A stretch of DNA of 64,000 bases from Dehalococcoidia bacterium (lineage in GTDB: Bacteria; Chloroflexota; Dehalococcoidia; UBA6926): assembly GCA_965206275.1 (NCBI GenBank), contig OZ242203.1, positions 761,894 through 825,893 on the forward strand, written 5' to 3'. This document shows positions 19,497 through 28,212 of the stretch, one piece after another. The first letter of the stretch is position 1. Every line of letters begins with the position of its first letter. The notes under the pieces are model-generated. The model did not search any database, was not told the DNA's origin, and was given only the letters and a program-made list of their open reading frames with translations. The translations under genes were made by a program, and so were the position numbers.

Positions 19497-20710
19497 AACA
19501 GCCGCCTCTGGCTCTCGTCCTGCAGCCGCTCAATCGCGCGGCCAAGCCGCCGCAGCCCTTCATTAATGTTGTCGATCGACGCCTCGCTGAACGCGAACCG
19601 CATGTAGCGCATGGGCGGCTCATCCTCCACAAAGAACCGGTGCCCCGGCGCGAACGATACCCGCTCCTCCCGCGCCAGTTCCCACAGCCGTGAAACATCC
19701 ACGCCTTCAGTCGCCTCAAGCCAGAAGAAGAAGCCTCCTGCCGGATTGGTCCACCGCGCCATCGGCCCAAGATTCTCCCTAGCCGCAAGGCTGAACGCCA
19801 CACGCTTGCGTCGATACACCTCACGCACCCGATTGATATGCGGATCAAGCTCGTCGTTGGCAAGAAATCGCGCCAGCATTCGGGAGAGCGTCACGCTCGT
19901 CCCCATGTCCGTGCGGTTCGCTGCCGCGTGCTGAACGGCAGGCGGCGAACCAGTGAGCCAACCGATTCTCAGACCGGGACCGATCACCTTGCTGAACGTG
20001 CCCACCTGCACCGTCTGATCCGGCGCAAGAGACAACAACGACGGCGTATCAATACCATCGATACCCACCTCGGCATACGCTGCGTCCTCAACAACCAGGC
20101 AGCCGGCATTCGCCGCAAGTTCCACGAGCCGCCTCCGCAGCATCGTCGGCATCTGCACGCCGGTCGGGTTCTGGTAGTCGGGCGTGAGATAGATCAGCTT
20201 GGGGCGGTCGCCCGCCGCGTGTAGGTCTGAAAGAGTCTGCTCAAGCTCATCGATATCCAGCCCATTTGGGCCGGACGAAACGGGCACGAGCCGCGCGCCA
20301 TGCGCCCGGAACGTCCACAGCGAGCCGGTGAACGCGGGATTCTCCGTAATCACAACATCGCCGGGGTCGATGAACGTGGCACAGACGATATCCAACGCCT
20401 GAGATGCGCCCGTCGTGATGACAACATCCTCCGGCGGCGTCTCGACTCCATGCAGCCTCGTCGTTCGTTCCGCAATTTGTTCTCGCAGAACAATATCGCC
20501 CATCGAGGACCCGTATTGCAGAGACGCAATTCCCTCCTCCGCAATCACCGCCCGCGCCGCCTCATTCAGCTGCTCCAATGGCAGCGTCTCGGGATCGGGC
20601 ACACCCGCGCCAAACCCGATCGTTCCCTCCGGCGCGGGCGCGACACTGCTCCACGGGTGCTGCAGGCCGCCCCGTCGCGACAGCAAACCGTTGAACGTTT
20701 CCTGATCCAA
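19493..20710 (-). CDS. PLP-dependent aminotransferase (class I/II fold).
   Basis: Homology over the aminotransferase fold, including a lysine in the motif SFSKVIGPGLRIG. It overlaps trmI convergently by 4 nt. Confidence 0.8.
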   Translation of the reverse strand: MDQETFNGLLSRRGGLQHPWSSVAPAPEGTIGFGAGVPDPETLPLEQLNEAARAVIAEEGIASLQYGSSMGDIVLREQIAERTTRLHGVETPPEDVVITTGASQALDIVCATFIDPGDVVITENPAFTGSLWTFRAHGARLVPVSSGPNGLDIDELEQTLSDLHAAGDRPKLIYLTPDYQNPTGVQMPTMLRRRLVELAANAGCLVVEDAAYAEVGIDGIDTPSLLSLAPDQTVQVGTFSKVIGPGLRIGWLTGSPPAVQHAAANRTDMGTSVTLSRMLARFLANDELDPHINRVREVYRRKRVAFSLAARENLGPMARWTNPAGGFFFWLEATEGVDVSRLWELAREERVSFAPGHRFFVEDEPPMRYMRFAFSEASIDNINEGLRRLGRAIERLQDESQRRLF

Positions 20711-20784
20711 CTCGATGCGCCTCCCGTGCGCCTAACCTCAAGACTGGTCTCTATCCATGATGTAGGTCAATGAATACACGGGCA

Positions 20785-20790
20785 ACCACC
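20785..20790 (+). promoter_or_regulatory. Candidate -35 box (TTGACA) of the tRNA-Gly promoter.
   Basis: A TTGACA followed 17-19 nt later by a CATACA/TACATA-like element lies about 40 nt upstream of the tRNA. Confidence 0.3.
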
Positions 20791-20847
20791 GCACCTTGAC
20801 ATTGGGAAGTCGTAAGCGCATACATAGTCCTACGCCATACCCGGCGA

Positions 20848-20921
20848 GCGGGCGTAACTCAGTGGTAGAGTGTCTGCTTCCCAAGCAGAATGTCGTGGGT
20901 TCGATCCCCATCGCCCGCTCC
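20848..20921 (+). tRNA. tRNA-Gly (anticodon CCC).
   Basis: Cloverleaf: acceptor GCGGGCG/CGCCCGC, anticodon stem TCTGC/GCAGA, loop TTCCCAA, T-loop TTCGATC, with CCA encoded. Confidence 0.9.
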
Positions 20922-20952
20922 ACAATTACCTACCCGTTACACTGGATAGACC

Positions 20953-22284
20953 ATGTTTGAGGCACTCACCGAACGACTCACCGGCGTCTTCAACAGACTC
21001 TCCGGCCGTGGCCGCATCACCGAGGCAGACGTTGAAGAGGCTCTGCGCGAGGTCCGCCGTGCCCTCCTCGAGGCCGACGTCAATCTCCGCGTCGTGCGCG
21101 AACTCCAGCAGAGCATCCGCGACCGCGCCGTCGGCGAAGAGGTCCTTCAGTCCGTCACGCCCGTCCAGCAGATCATCAAGATCGTGCAGGAAGAGCTGAC
21201 GGACGTTCTCGGCAAGGAGAATCGCGGCCTCGATGCGGGCGATAACCGCCCCGCCACCATCCTCCTCGTCGGTCTGCAGGGCTCCGGCAAGACGACAACC
21301 GCCGCCAAGCTCGCCTCCAACCTCGCGCAGCAAGGGCAAGCCGTTTCGCTCGGTGCGGGCGATGTACGCCGCCCCGCCGCCATTGAGCAACTGACCGCAC
21401 TCGGCAACCAAATCAATATTCCAGTCCATGCCGAGCCCGGAAACTCCAACGCAGTTGCCGTCGCCAAATCGTCTCTGGCCGCGGCTCGCGACGCCAACGC
21501 CCACTGGCACATCTTCGACACCGGCGGTCGACTGCAGGTCGACGATGAACTCATGAAAGAACTGGCGGACGTGCGCAAGGCGCTCAACCCTGCCGAAGTG
21601 TTGCTCGTCGTCGACGCCATGACCGGCCAGGACGCCGTGAACGCCGCCGAGGAGTTTCATCGGCAGGTGCCTCTCACCGGCCTCGTGCTCACCAAGATGG
21701 ACGGTGATGCGCGCGGCGGCGCGGCCCTCTCCATCACGTCCGTCACCGGCCTCCCTGTCATGTTCATCGGCGTCGGCGAGCGCATGGACGCGCTGGAACC
21801 CTTCTACCCGGACAGGCTCGCGGGCCGCATCCTCGGCATGGGCGATGTCGTCACGCTCGTTGAGAAGGCGCAGCAGACTATCGACGAGGAAAAGGCCCAG
21901 GAGATGGAGCGCAAGCTGCGCACCGCCACCTTCGATCTCAACGATTTCCTGGAGCAGATGAACCAGCTGCGCAACATGGGCGGCATGGCGAATCTGGTCG
22001 ACATGATCCCCGGCTTTTCCCAGATGAAAGGCAAGCTGCCAACGGACGCGTTCGACGAGAAACAGATCAAGCGCGTCGAGGCCATCGTGCTGTCCATGAC
22101 GCCGGAGGAGCGGCAGAGGCCGGACATCATCGGCGGCAGCCGCAGAAAGCGCATCGCGCGGGGCAGTGGCACACAGCCTGCCGATGTCAACCGCCTGCTC
22201 AATCAGTTCGGGGAAATGCGCAAGATGATGCGCCAGCTATCGTCCGGCAAGAAGATCCGCGGCCTGCCCTTCAAGCTTGGCTAG
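20953..22284 (+). CDS. ffh: Signal recognition particle protein Ffh.
   Basis: It has the N-domain, the G-domain (GLQGSGKTT, DTAGR) and the Met-rich M-domain. Confidence 0.95.
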   Translation: MFEALTERLTGVFNRLSGRGRITEADVEEALREVRRALLEADVNLRVVRELQQSIRDRAVGEEVLQSVTPVQQIIKIVQEELTDVLGKENRGLDAGDNRPATILLVGLQGSGKTTTAAKLASNLAQQGQAVSLGAGDVRRPAAIEQLTALGNQINIPVHAEPGNSNAVAVAKSSLAAARDANAHWHIFDTGGRLQVDDELMKELADVRKALNPAEVLLVVDAMTGQDAVNAAEEFHRQVPLTGLVLTKMDGDARGGAALSITSVTGLPVMFIGVGERMDALEPFYPDRLAGRILGMGDVVTLVEKAQQTIDEEKAQEMERKLRTATFDLNDFLEQMNQLRNMGGMANLVDMIPGFSQMKGKLPTDAFDEKQIKRVEAIVLSMTPEERQRPDIIGGSRRKRIARGSGTQPADVNRLLNQFGEMRKMMRQLSSGKKIRGLPFKLG

Positions 22285-22585
22285 ACCCCTGCGCCCGCAG
22301 GCCCTCGCGTAGCCGCGCCACCAGCAGCTTCAAGGACTCCAACAGCGCGCTGGCCTCGTCAGGCGGGATCTCGAACGGCTTGCGATTCGTCTCCGGAAAC
22401 ACCATCCAGAAATAGAACCCCTCCCACGCCCGATCCGCGGCTAAATCGTTCCGCGCCCGCATGATCGTCTCCAGGTACTTCCCCTGAAACCGCTGCCGCA
22501 CGTGCTCCAGCAAATCGGCATCCCCCGCCAACGAAGGCGCCCCCTCAAACGCGCTTAGCCACTCTTCCGCCGCAGGAATAGTCAT
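22271..22585 (-). CDS. Hypothetical protein (104 aa).
   Basis: An ORF with host-like high GC. It starts 22 nt downstream of the PD-(D/E)xK-like gene and its 3' end overlaps ffh convergently. I recognise no family. Confidence 0.4.
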   Translation of the reverse strand: MTIPAAEEWLSAFEGAPSLAGDADLLEHVRQRFQGKYLETIMRARNDLAADRAWEGFYFWMVFPETNRKPFEIPPDEASALLESLKLLVARLREGLRAQGSSQA

Positions 22586-22607
22586 TCAATTACCACGCCA
22601 AAAGCCC

Positions 22608-23663
22608 TCACCGGTACGTCGGCCCGTTAGGATCAATAATCTCGGCGATTCGTTCAAGTTCAGCCACGATGGCGTTGAGAGTGGCTTCTCGGTCTGCGCC
22701 AGACAGCAACGGAATCGCCACACAGTGAGTCATCCAGTTATGCCATTCTGTTCTTGATTCAACCAGAGTGCCCAATTTGTCCAGTACCGTATCACGACTA
22801 ACAGGTTGATCTGCACTAGTTGGTTGAATGGTCAGCCAGAGTGGAGGATTAGGCATTCGCTTCGCTGCCTCGTCGACTATGCCAAGCCAGACATATGCGC
22901 CAGACAGTACCATGAAACGCCCGTAAAAGCTCCCGAGGTATGACCCCACGTTCTGCGAACCTGGTTCTGCCCACCCTAACTGTTGCAGCCGTTCCCCAGC
23001 TTCCTGTATAAGCGTTACCAGATTCTCATCACGGCGGGGATCTCCGCCTTCCCGCGCGGCTTCGGCGAGGCCCTGCAGTTGGCTAATTTCGAACGCTGTT
23101 TGGGAGTCTCCTGCTCCCTCCGCCAGCACCTCTAACAGACGCTCCCAGCTCATGAGCATAAGACGTCGTGGTGTGCCTGTAGGGGTGGCGGCAATGAGGC
23201 CATCGTGCTCCGTGCGCTTGTCGAGTGTGTGACCCGCCTCGCTCAACCGCTGTACAAGTTCGTCCCACAGCCAGTTCTCACCAAGGCGCTGCTCTGGGGC
23301 GACAAAAAGCAGGGTGGTTGGGCGGTCATTCGAAAGGGCTTCCCAATATGTGACCGGTTGGTGGTAGGTCAGTGACGCCCAGAACTTGGCTTCAATAAAG
23401 GCCATGACACGGTCGTCAGTATCCTTCAGCGCCATGTCCGGATACGAGTAGGACGATGAGAGGTAATACTGCGTGTCGACGGAGTGGATGGGGATCGGAG
23501 TGCCGTCTGCATCACGCAAGAATCCAGACAGCGCGGCTCTCGCCGATTCGGAGCGGTTGAGAACAAAGCCGAGGGCACTCGTCATCACGTCCTCCATGCC
23601 CTGCGTGTGATAACGAGCAACATGGCCGAGCAGGCTGTACCCATCATTATCGGTGGCGGTCAT
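22608..23663 (-). CDS. Hypothetical protein (352 aa) whose N-terminal region carries a PD-(D/E)xK nuclease-like motif.
   Basis: The ATG at 23663 is preceded by GGAGGG. The motif is ...YPDMALKDTDDRVMAFIEAKFW..., which has the PD...(hydrophobic)4-E-x-K pattern. The C-terminal ~230 aa are unrecognised. GC is lower than in neighbouring genes. Confidence 0.55.
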   Translation of the reverse strand: MTATDNDGYSLLGHVARYHTQGMEDVMTSALGFVLNRSESARAALSGFLRDADGTPIPIHSVDTQYYLSSSYSYPDMALKDTDDRVMAFIEAKFWASLTYHQPVTYWEALSNDRPTTLLFVAPEQRLGENWLWDELVQRLSEAGHTLDKRTEHDGLIAATPTGTPRRLMLMSWERLLEVLAEGAGDSQTAFEISQLQGLAEAAREGGDPRRDENLVTLIQEAGERLQQLGWAEPGSQNVGSYLGSFYGRFMVLSGAYVWLGIVDEAAKRMPNPPLWLTIQPTSADQPVSRDTVLDKLGTLVESRTEWHNWMTHCVAIPLLSGADREATLNAIVAELERIAEIIDPNGPTYR

Positions 23664-23688
23664 GTTCCCTCCGTGACCTAGTCGCGAA

Positions 23689-24417
23689 TCATGCGTCTGA
23701 TGGTACAGCAGACACCTCAGTAACGATCCCATAGTGGTCAGACAGCTTCGCGCCATCATGAATGTTGCTGATTGCTTCCACGGATTCGCACGCCAGACCC
23801 CCGCTCAGCGCAATATGGTCGATGTTCCGGCGTCCCTCGAACGTGACATCAGCCGTCACAATTTCCAGATTCGGCGAGAAGGCGTCCTTGAGCGCCTCCC
23901 TGAGATGGACGGGAGCCCGAGCACCCTGCCCAATCACCTGGTTGAAATCTCCCAAGATGATGAGCGGCACATCGGTCTGCTTGGCAAGAACCTCAGTCAA
24001 AGCAGTCAGATATTGCTCGTGGTCCTCCCACCGCTCCTTGCGTTCCGCCCCACGTCTCTTCTCGGCGCGCGACCCGAACCACGGAATACAGATTCCCATC
24101 ACCATGACGTCGCCGATGGATGTCTGAGTAACGCCCGAAATGAACCGCCCCGGCGTCAGCGATTCATCCCCAAGGTCGTCAACGTCACGCCAAGGCTGCC
24201 GCGACCACAGCATCACCTTGCGACGATTCCCCTTATCGCCATAGCCATAGTCGGCCTGCGCCGTGACTGTATAGCCGCCTCGTGATAGCAACCGTTCGTC
24301 AGCCTCAGTCAGGCAAACAATTTCAGGTGCAAGCGAATCAATGCGGTGAAGAATCTCCGGAGTTCGCGCAGATCGCGGCGTCGCCCACTGAACATTCCAG
24401 TTAACGACGCGAATCAT
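23689..24417 (-). CDS. Endonuclease/exonuclease/phosphatase (EEP) family protein (242 aa).
   Basis: The MIRVVNWNVQ N-terminus and the ...LGDFNQ..., ...IDHI... and ...SDHY... blocks are typical of the EEP fold. The ATG at 24417 is preferred over the GTG at 24435. The gene lies 25 nt upstream of the next gene. Confidence 0.75.
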   Translation of the reverse strand: MIRVVNWNVQWATPRSARTPEILHRIDSLAPEIVCLTEADERLLSRGGYTVTAQADYGYGDKGNRRKVMLWSRQPWRDVDDLGDESLTPGRFISGVTQTSIGDVMVMGICIPWFGSRAEKRRGAERKERWEDHEQYLTALTEVLAKQTDVPLIILGDFNQVIGQGARAPVHLREALKDAFSPNLEIVTADVTFEGRRNIDHIALSGGLACESVEAISNIHDGAKLSDHYGIVTEVSAVPSDA

Positions 24418-24468
24418 GCGTGAATCGTAGACCACGCAATCATGCGGAGCAAAAGGAGAGCCGCCCTG

Positions 24469-24500
24469 CCCCCGCGTGACCTGGGCAGGTCACGCGGGGG
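24469..24500 (-). terminator. Intrinsic terminator-like hairpin with a 14-bp GC-rich stem, downstream of the 122-aa gene.
   Basis: The stem is CCCCCGCGTGACCT and AGGTCACGCGGGGG with a loop gggc. On the minus strand it is followed by ...CTCCTTTTGCT. Confidence 0.5.
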
Positions 24501-24508
24501 CAACCAAC

Positions 24509-24877
24509 TCAGTTCAACTCAAGGCCAGTGAGCGTATAGACCTCGGGGGTCGGAGGCTCCAGCCACGCCGGCATCACCTCATCCTCCCAGGGAATGAAGT
24601 CCATCTCGTCGGACTCATCCACGATGGAGTCACTGGGCGCAGGACGCTCGGAATTTCGGCGCACATTGTGAACGGTAGGCGGAACGCTCGCGATCCCCGT
24701 ATCAACAAAAAGTGTCTGTGCAGACACGTCCGTTGGGCGCGCCAGACTCTCCTCTGCCTCGTGATCAAACGGCTTGGCCGTTGGGCGATCGGGCTCGCTG
24801 GTGGAGCCCGCCGGTACATTGACGATGGGGTGTGCTCCCTGGGAAAGAACCGCCCCGATGTGAAGGCTCCTCAACAT
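24509..24877 (-). CDS. Hypothetical protein (122 aa) with an acidic C-terminus.
   Basis: AAGGAGGG lies 4 nt upstream of the ATG at 24877. The gene has its own terminator hairpin. I recognise no family. Confidence 0.5.
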   Translation of the reverse strand: MLRSLHIGAVLSQGAHPIVNVPAGSTSEPDRPTAKPFDHEAEESLARPTDVSAQTLFVDTGIASVPPTVHNVRRNSERPAPSDSIVDESDEMDFIPWEDEVMPAWLEPPTPEVYTLTGLELN

Positions 24878-25061
24878 GTCGCCCTCCTTCGCAGGCCGGG
24901 CAACTCTGCCGTCCCTTTCGGGTCCCCGACCCGCTGTACACGGACGGTATACTCCTCAAATTGTAACGTGTCAACTGTTTGATCCCGGCAAGGAGGCATA
25001 TGCGGCAAAGTACGCCTTCTGAGCCGCGAAACCCAATGCCGAAGAATTGTCTTTTGATTAG

Positions 25062-25093
25062 AATGTGACTATGGTCATGACCATAGTCACATT
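25062..25093. promoter_or_regulatory. Perfect 32-bp palindrome, likely the operator of the Phd/VapC module.
   Basis: AATGTGACTATGGTCA and TGACCATAGTCACATT are exact reverse complements. The palindrome lies within the promoter region about 30 nt upstream of the antitoxin gene. Confidence 0.6.
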
Positions 25094-25125
25094 AACTGCT
25101 AGACTGGCTCTCACGAGGTGTAGAA

Positions 25126-25395
25126 ATGGCAAACCCGACAGATAACCCACGCACCATCAAGGCGTCCGAATTCAAGGCGACATGCCTCAAGCTAATGGAC
25201 GAGGTAGCTGAGACGGGCGAGGAAATCATCATCACCAAGAACGGCAAACCCGTCGCCAAGCTCACCCCAACGGAGAATCGTCCACGCCGGACGTGGTTTG
25301 GCGCCGACCGGGACAAGCTCATCTTCATGGGCGACGTCATATCTCCAATCGACGTCGAGTGGGACGCCGAACAAGGCCGAATCGGCGGCGAGTGA
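25126..25395 (+). CDS. Type II antitoxin, Phd/YefM family (89 aa).
   Basis: It has the Phd/YefM N-terminal fold (TIKASEFKATCLKLMDEV...GEEIIITKNGKPVAKL). GAGGTG lies upstream of the ATG. Confidence 0.8.
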   Translation: MANPTDNPRTIKASEFKATCLKLMDEVAETGEEIIITKNGKPVAKLTPTENRPRRTWFGADRDKLIFMGDVISPIDVEWDAEQGRIGGE

Positions 25396-25796
25396 TGCTG
25401 CTACTCGATACTCATGTCCTCCTGTGGCACCGCTTTGGAGACAATCAACTTGGAATCGCAACCCGAAAGGCACTGGACGCCGCGTGGGTGTCACGCGAAG
25501 TAGCAGTGTCAGCGATGACTTTCTGGGAAATCTCCCTACTACGAAACAGGAATCGTCTGGACTATGTCGGAGACGCTTTAGCTTGGCGCGCCCAGTTGCT
25601 ATATGACGGATTAACCGAGATTCCCGTCGATGGAGAGATCGGCATCCACGCCAACTTGCTCTCAAACTTCCATGCGGACCCCGCAGATCGCATCATCGTC
25701 GCCACCGCCCTTGAAGGTCGTCACTACCTCGTGACGGCGGACGAGAGCATCCTCCAATGGGACAGCGTTCTGCCCCGAGTGGATGCTCGGGAATAA
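25395..25796 (+). CDS. vapC: Type II toxin VapC (PIN domain, 133 aa).
   Basis: The MLLLDTHVLLW N-terminus carries the PIN acidic residue, and a later ...VATALE... block is present. The ATG overlaps the antitoxin stop by 1 nt (TGATG). Confidence 0.85.
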   Translation: MLLLDTHVLLWHRFGDNQLGIATRKALDAAWVSREVAVSAMTFWEISLLRNRNRLDYVGDALAWRAQLLYDGLTEIPVDGEIGIHANLLSNFHADPADRIIVATALEGRHYLVTADESILQWDSVLPRVDARE

Positions 25797-25812
25797 GCAC
25801 CAGAGTAAACAA

Positions 25813-25844
25813 GTGCCCCCTCCGCTCGTGAGCGGAGGGGGCAC
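25813..25844. terminator. Bidirectional terminator hairpin between the convergent vapC and enoyl-CoA hydratase genes.
   Basis: The 14-bp stem GTGCCCCCTCCGCT/AGCGGAGGGGGCAC has loop cgtg and is followed by TTTCTGTCTT. Confidence 0.55.
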
Positions 25845-25867
25845 TTTCTGTCTTGGTCGATAAGAGG

Positions 25868-26764
25868 TTAGTCCCGCGCCGCAGCAGACCTCGGCCCGAA
25901 CGGCTCTGGCTGGAAGGGGCCGTCCCGTTCCTGCAGGTACGCCCTCAGGCCGCCCTCTTTACCGGCGTCCTCCATCTTGCGCTTAAAGTCTTCGCGCTGG
26001 GACGTGTGCGCCAGTGCGGACAGCTCCGCGTTCAGGTTCCACGCATTGTGGAATCCCATCATGTTCAGGCCCTGCGTCGCGACGGCCAAATTGATCTTCA
26101 CCGTCTCCGGGCTGACCAGCGCGATGCGCTCGCCGATGTACGTGCACTCCTCCATCAGGTCCTCGTGCGGCACAACCTTGTTGACCAGCCCGATCCGCAG
26201 CGCCTCCTGCGCGTCGATGTGGTCGCCTGTCAGACCGTAGCGCAGCGCGTGCTTGTAGCCCGCCAGCAGCGTCCAGATGAAGTTCGTGTTGGAGATATGA
26301 CGAATTTCCGGCTGACCGAACACCGCGTTCTCGGACGCAATCGTGATATGGGTCGTCAGCGCGTACCACGAGCCCCACGCCAGAGCCCAGCCGTTGATCG
26401 CGCCGATGATCGGCGTCGTCAGCTCCCACATGTGCATCAGGCGGCGGATGCCCGTCCTGTCCTGCGTGCGCCACTGATCGAGGAACGATGCGACGGACTG
26501 ACCTTCCTGCAGACCATACGGCCACACGGTATCGGAGTTTCCGCCACCCGCGCCAAGCGCGAGGTCCGCGCCCGCGCTGAACGCCCTGCCAGCGCCCGTC
26601 AGGATGATGTATCGAATGTCCGGGTCCTGCTCCGCCTCGTCGAACGCGGCATGCACGTCGCCGCGCAAGCCCTGGTTGAATGCGTTCATCTGCGCGGGGC
26701 GATTCAGCGTGATAACAACGCCCTTGCCCTGCCGCTCATACAGCACATTCTCGTACTCAGCCAT
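25868..26764 (-). CDS. Enoyl-CoA hydratase/isomerase family protein, a paralog of 9312-10226.
   Basis: The ATG at 26764 (MAEYENVLYERQGKGVVITLNRP) is preceded by AGGAGGAA 7 nt upstream. It shares with the paralog the C-terminal tail ...KEGGLRAY...PFQPEPFGPRSA. Confidence 0.8.
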   Translation of the reverse strand: MAEYENVLYERQGKGVVITLNRPAQMNAFNQGLRGDVHAAFDEAEQDPDIRYIILTGAGRAFSAGADLALGAGGGNSDTVWPYGLQEGQSVASFLDQWRTQDRTGIRRLMHMWELTTPIIGAINGWALAWGSWYALTTHITIASENAVFGQPEIRHISNTNFIWTLLAGYKHALRYGLTGDHIDAQEALRIGLVNKVVPHEDLMEECTYIGERIALVSPETVKINLAVATQGLNMMGFHNAWNLNAELSALAHTSQREDFKRKMEDAGKEGGLRAYLQERDGPFQPEPFGPRSAAARD

Positions 26765-26937
26765 GTAGTGATTCCTCCTAACCCCCGCCACCGTGGGCGG
26801 CATCAGAACTGATTGTTTGACAAGCTTACCATTGCCATACAGATGTGCTACACTTCGGAACAGGAGTTCCACGAACGCACGTTCGCTCGGCCCCAAACAA
26901 CGTGGAACACAGACGGCAGAACGGGAGGAATGGTATT

Positions 26938-28035
26938 ATGACAACAGCAATCAAAGCCCCAAAGAGCGCGGAAAAAATGGTGACCGAGAAGGAAAAGGCA
27001 CTCGAACAGGCGCTGACGCTGATCGAGCGCAGCTTCGGTAAGGGATCCCTCATGCGATTCGGCGATTCCGCCGGACGCTTTGACGTGGATGTCATACCCA
27101 CCGGTTCTCTGTCACTTGACCTCGCGCTTGGCATCGGCGGCATTCCGCGCGGACGCATCACGGAGATCTACGGCGCGGAATCGTCCGGCAAGTCCACGCT
27201 GGCGCAGCACATCATCGCCGGCGCGCAGAAGCAGGGTGGCACGGTGGCGTATATCGACGCCGAGCACGCAATGGACCCCACGTACGCCGCCGCCTGCGGC
27301 ATCAACGTGGATGACCTGCTGATCTCCCAGCCGGACAACGCAGAGCAGGCGTTGGACATCACAGAGGCGTTGGTGAGGAGCGCCGCAGTGGATGCCATCG
27401 TCATCGACAGCGTAGCAGCGCTGGTACCGAAGGCTGAGATTGACGGGAACATGGGAGACATGCACGTAGGCCTCCAGGCCCGCCTCATGTCCCAGGCCCT
27501 GCGGAAATTGACCGGAACCACCCATCGTTCGAAGACGGCGGTAATCTTTATCAACCAGATCCGTGAGAAGGTCGGTGTCCTCTTTGGCAGCCCCGAGGTC
27601 ACTCCCGGCGGACGCGCGTTGAAATTCTATTCGTCGATTCGAATTGATTTGAGACGTATGGAAACCATCAAGCAGGGGACGGAGAGCGTGGGTCTTCACC
27701 TGCGCGCGCGTGTGGTCAAGAACAAGATGGCCCCGCCTTTCCGCGTCGCCGAGTTTGACATCATGTTTGGACATGGCATCAGCCGCGAGGCCGATCTCAT
27801 CGACCTCGGCACCCAGGCCGGTTTCCTCAAGAAGACGGGAGCCTTTTACTCGTACGGAGACGTTCGCCTCGGACAGGGACGCGAGAACGCCAAATCGTTC
27901 CTCCAGTCCAATGAGGAAATCGCCACTGCCCTTGAACAGGACATTCGCGGCAGTCAGGCCTCCCGGAACGGCAAAGCTAACGAGTTCATGCCGGCGACCG
28001 TCGACGACACGGACGATACGGAGGAAGTCACCTGA
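26938..28035 (+). CDS. recA: Recombinase RecA.
   Basis: Walker [10 protein letters not shown] and the L1/L2 loops are present. The ATG at 26938 ([10 protein letters not shown]) is preceded by GGGAGGAA. Confidence 0.95.
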   Translation: MTTAIKAPKSAEKMVTEKEKALEQALTLIERSFGKGSLMRFGDSAGRFDVDVIPTGSLSLDLALGIGGIPRGRITEIYGAESSGKSTLAQHIIAGAQKQGGTVAYIDAEHAMDPTYAAACGINVDDLLISQPDNAEQALDITEALVRSAAVDAIVIDSVAALVPKAEIDGNMGDMHVGLQARLMSQALRKLTGTTHRSKTAVIFINQIREKVGVLFGSPEVTPGGRALKFYSSIRIDLRRMETIKQGTESVGLHLRARVVKNKMAPPFRVAEFDIMFGHGISREADLIDLGTQAGFLKKTGAFYSYGDVRLGQGRENAKSFLQSNEEIATALEQDIRGSQASRNGKANEFMPATVDDTDDTEEVT

Positions 28036-28212
28036 CTCTATATTCGAACTTAATTCTGGACACAAGGGGCTGCGGGATAACCGCGCCCCTTTTTCTTTGT
28101 CTTTTGATAGCTAATTCACGCATTGGCGGCGCCGCTCGGCGCCGTCTTTTGTTCGCACAAACACACCACAACAGGCGGACGTCGTGCCGCCATGAATCCG
28201 GGGAGAATCACC

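Noticed and set aside
20738-20923. A 61-aa minus-strand ORF.
   Set aside because: It lies entirely over tRNA-Gly.
25062-25093. The 32-bp perfect palindrome, considered as an IS terminal inverted repeat or a restriction-modification site.
   Set aside because: It is a single copy, sits centred in the promoter region of a Phd/VapC operon, and no transposase is nearby. An operator is the parsimonious explanation.
25853-26896. A plus-strand 319-aa ORF, and the N-terminal extension (26765-26896) of the crotonase ORF.
   Set aside because: The plus-strand ORF is antisense to the crotonase gene. The extension lacks an RBS, whereas the internal ATG at 26764 has AGGAGGAA and aligns with the paralog's N-terminus.
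27112-28065. A 317-aa ORF antisense to recA.
   Set aside because: It is antisense to a highly conserved gene and has no homology.
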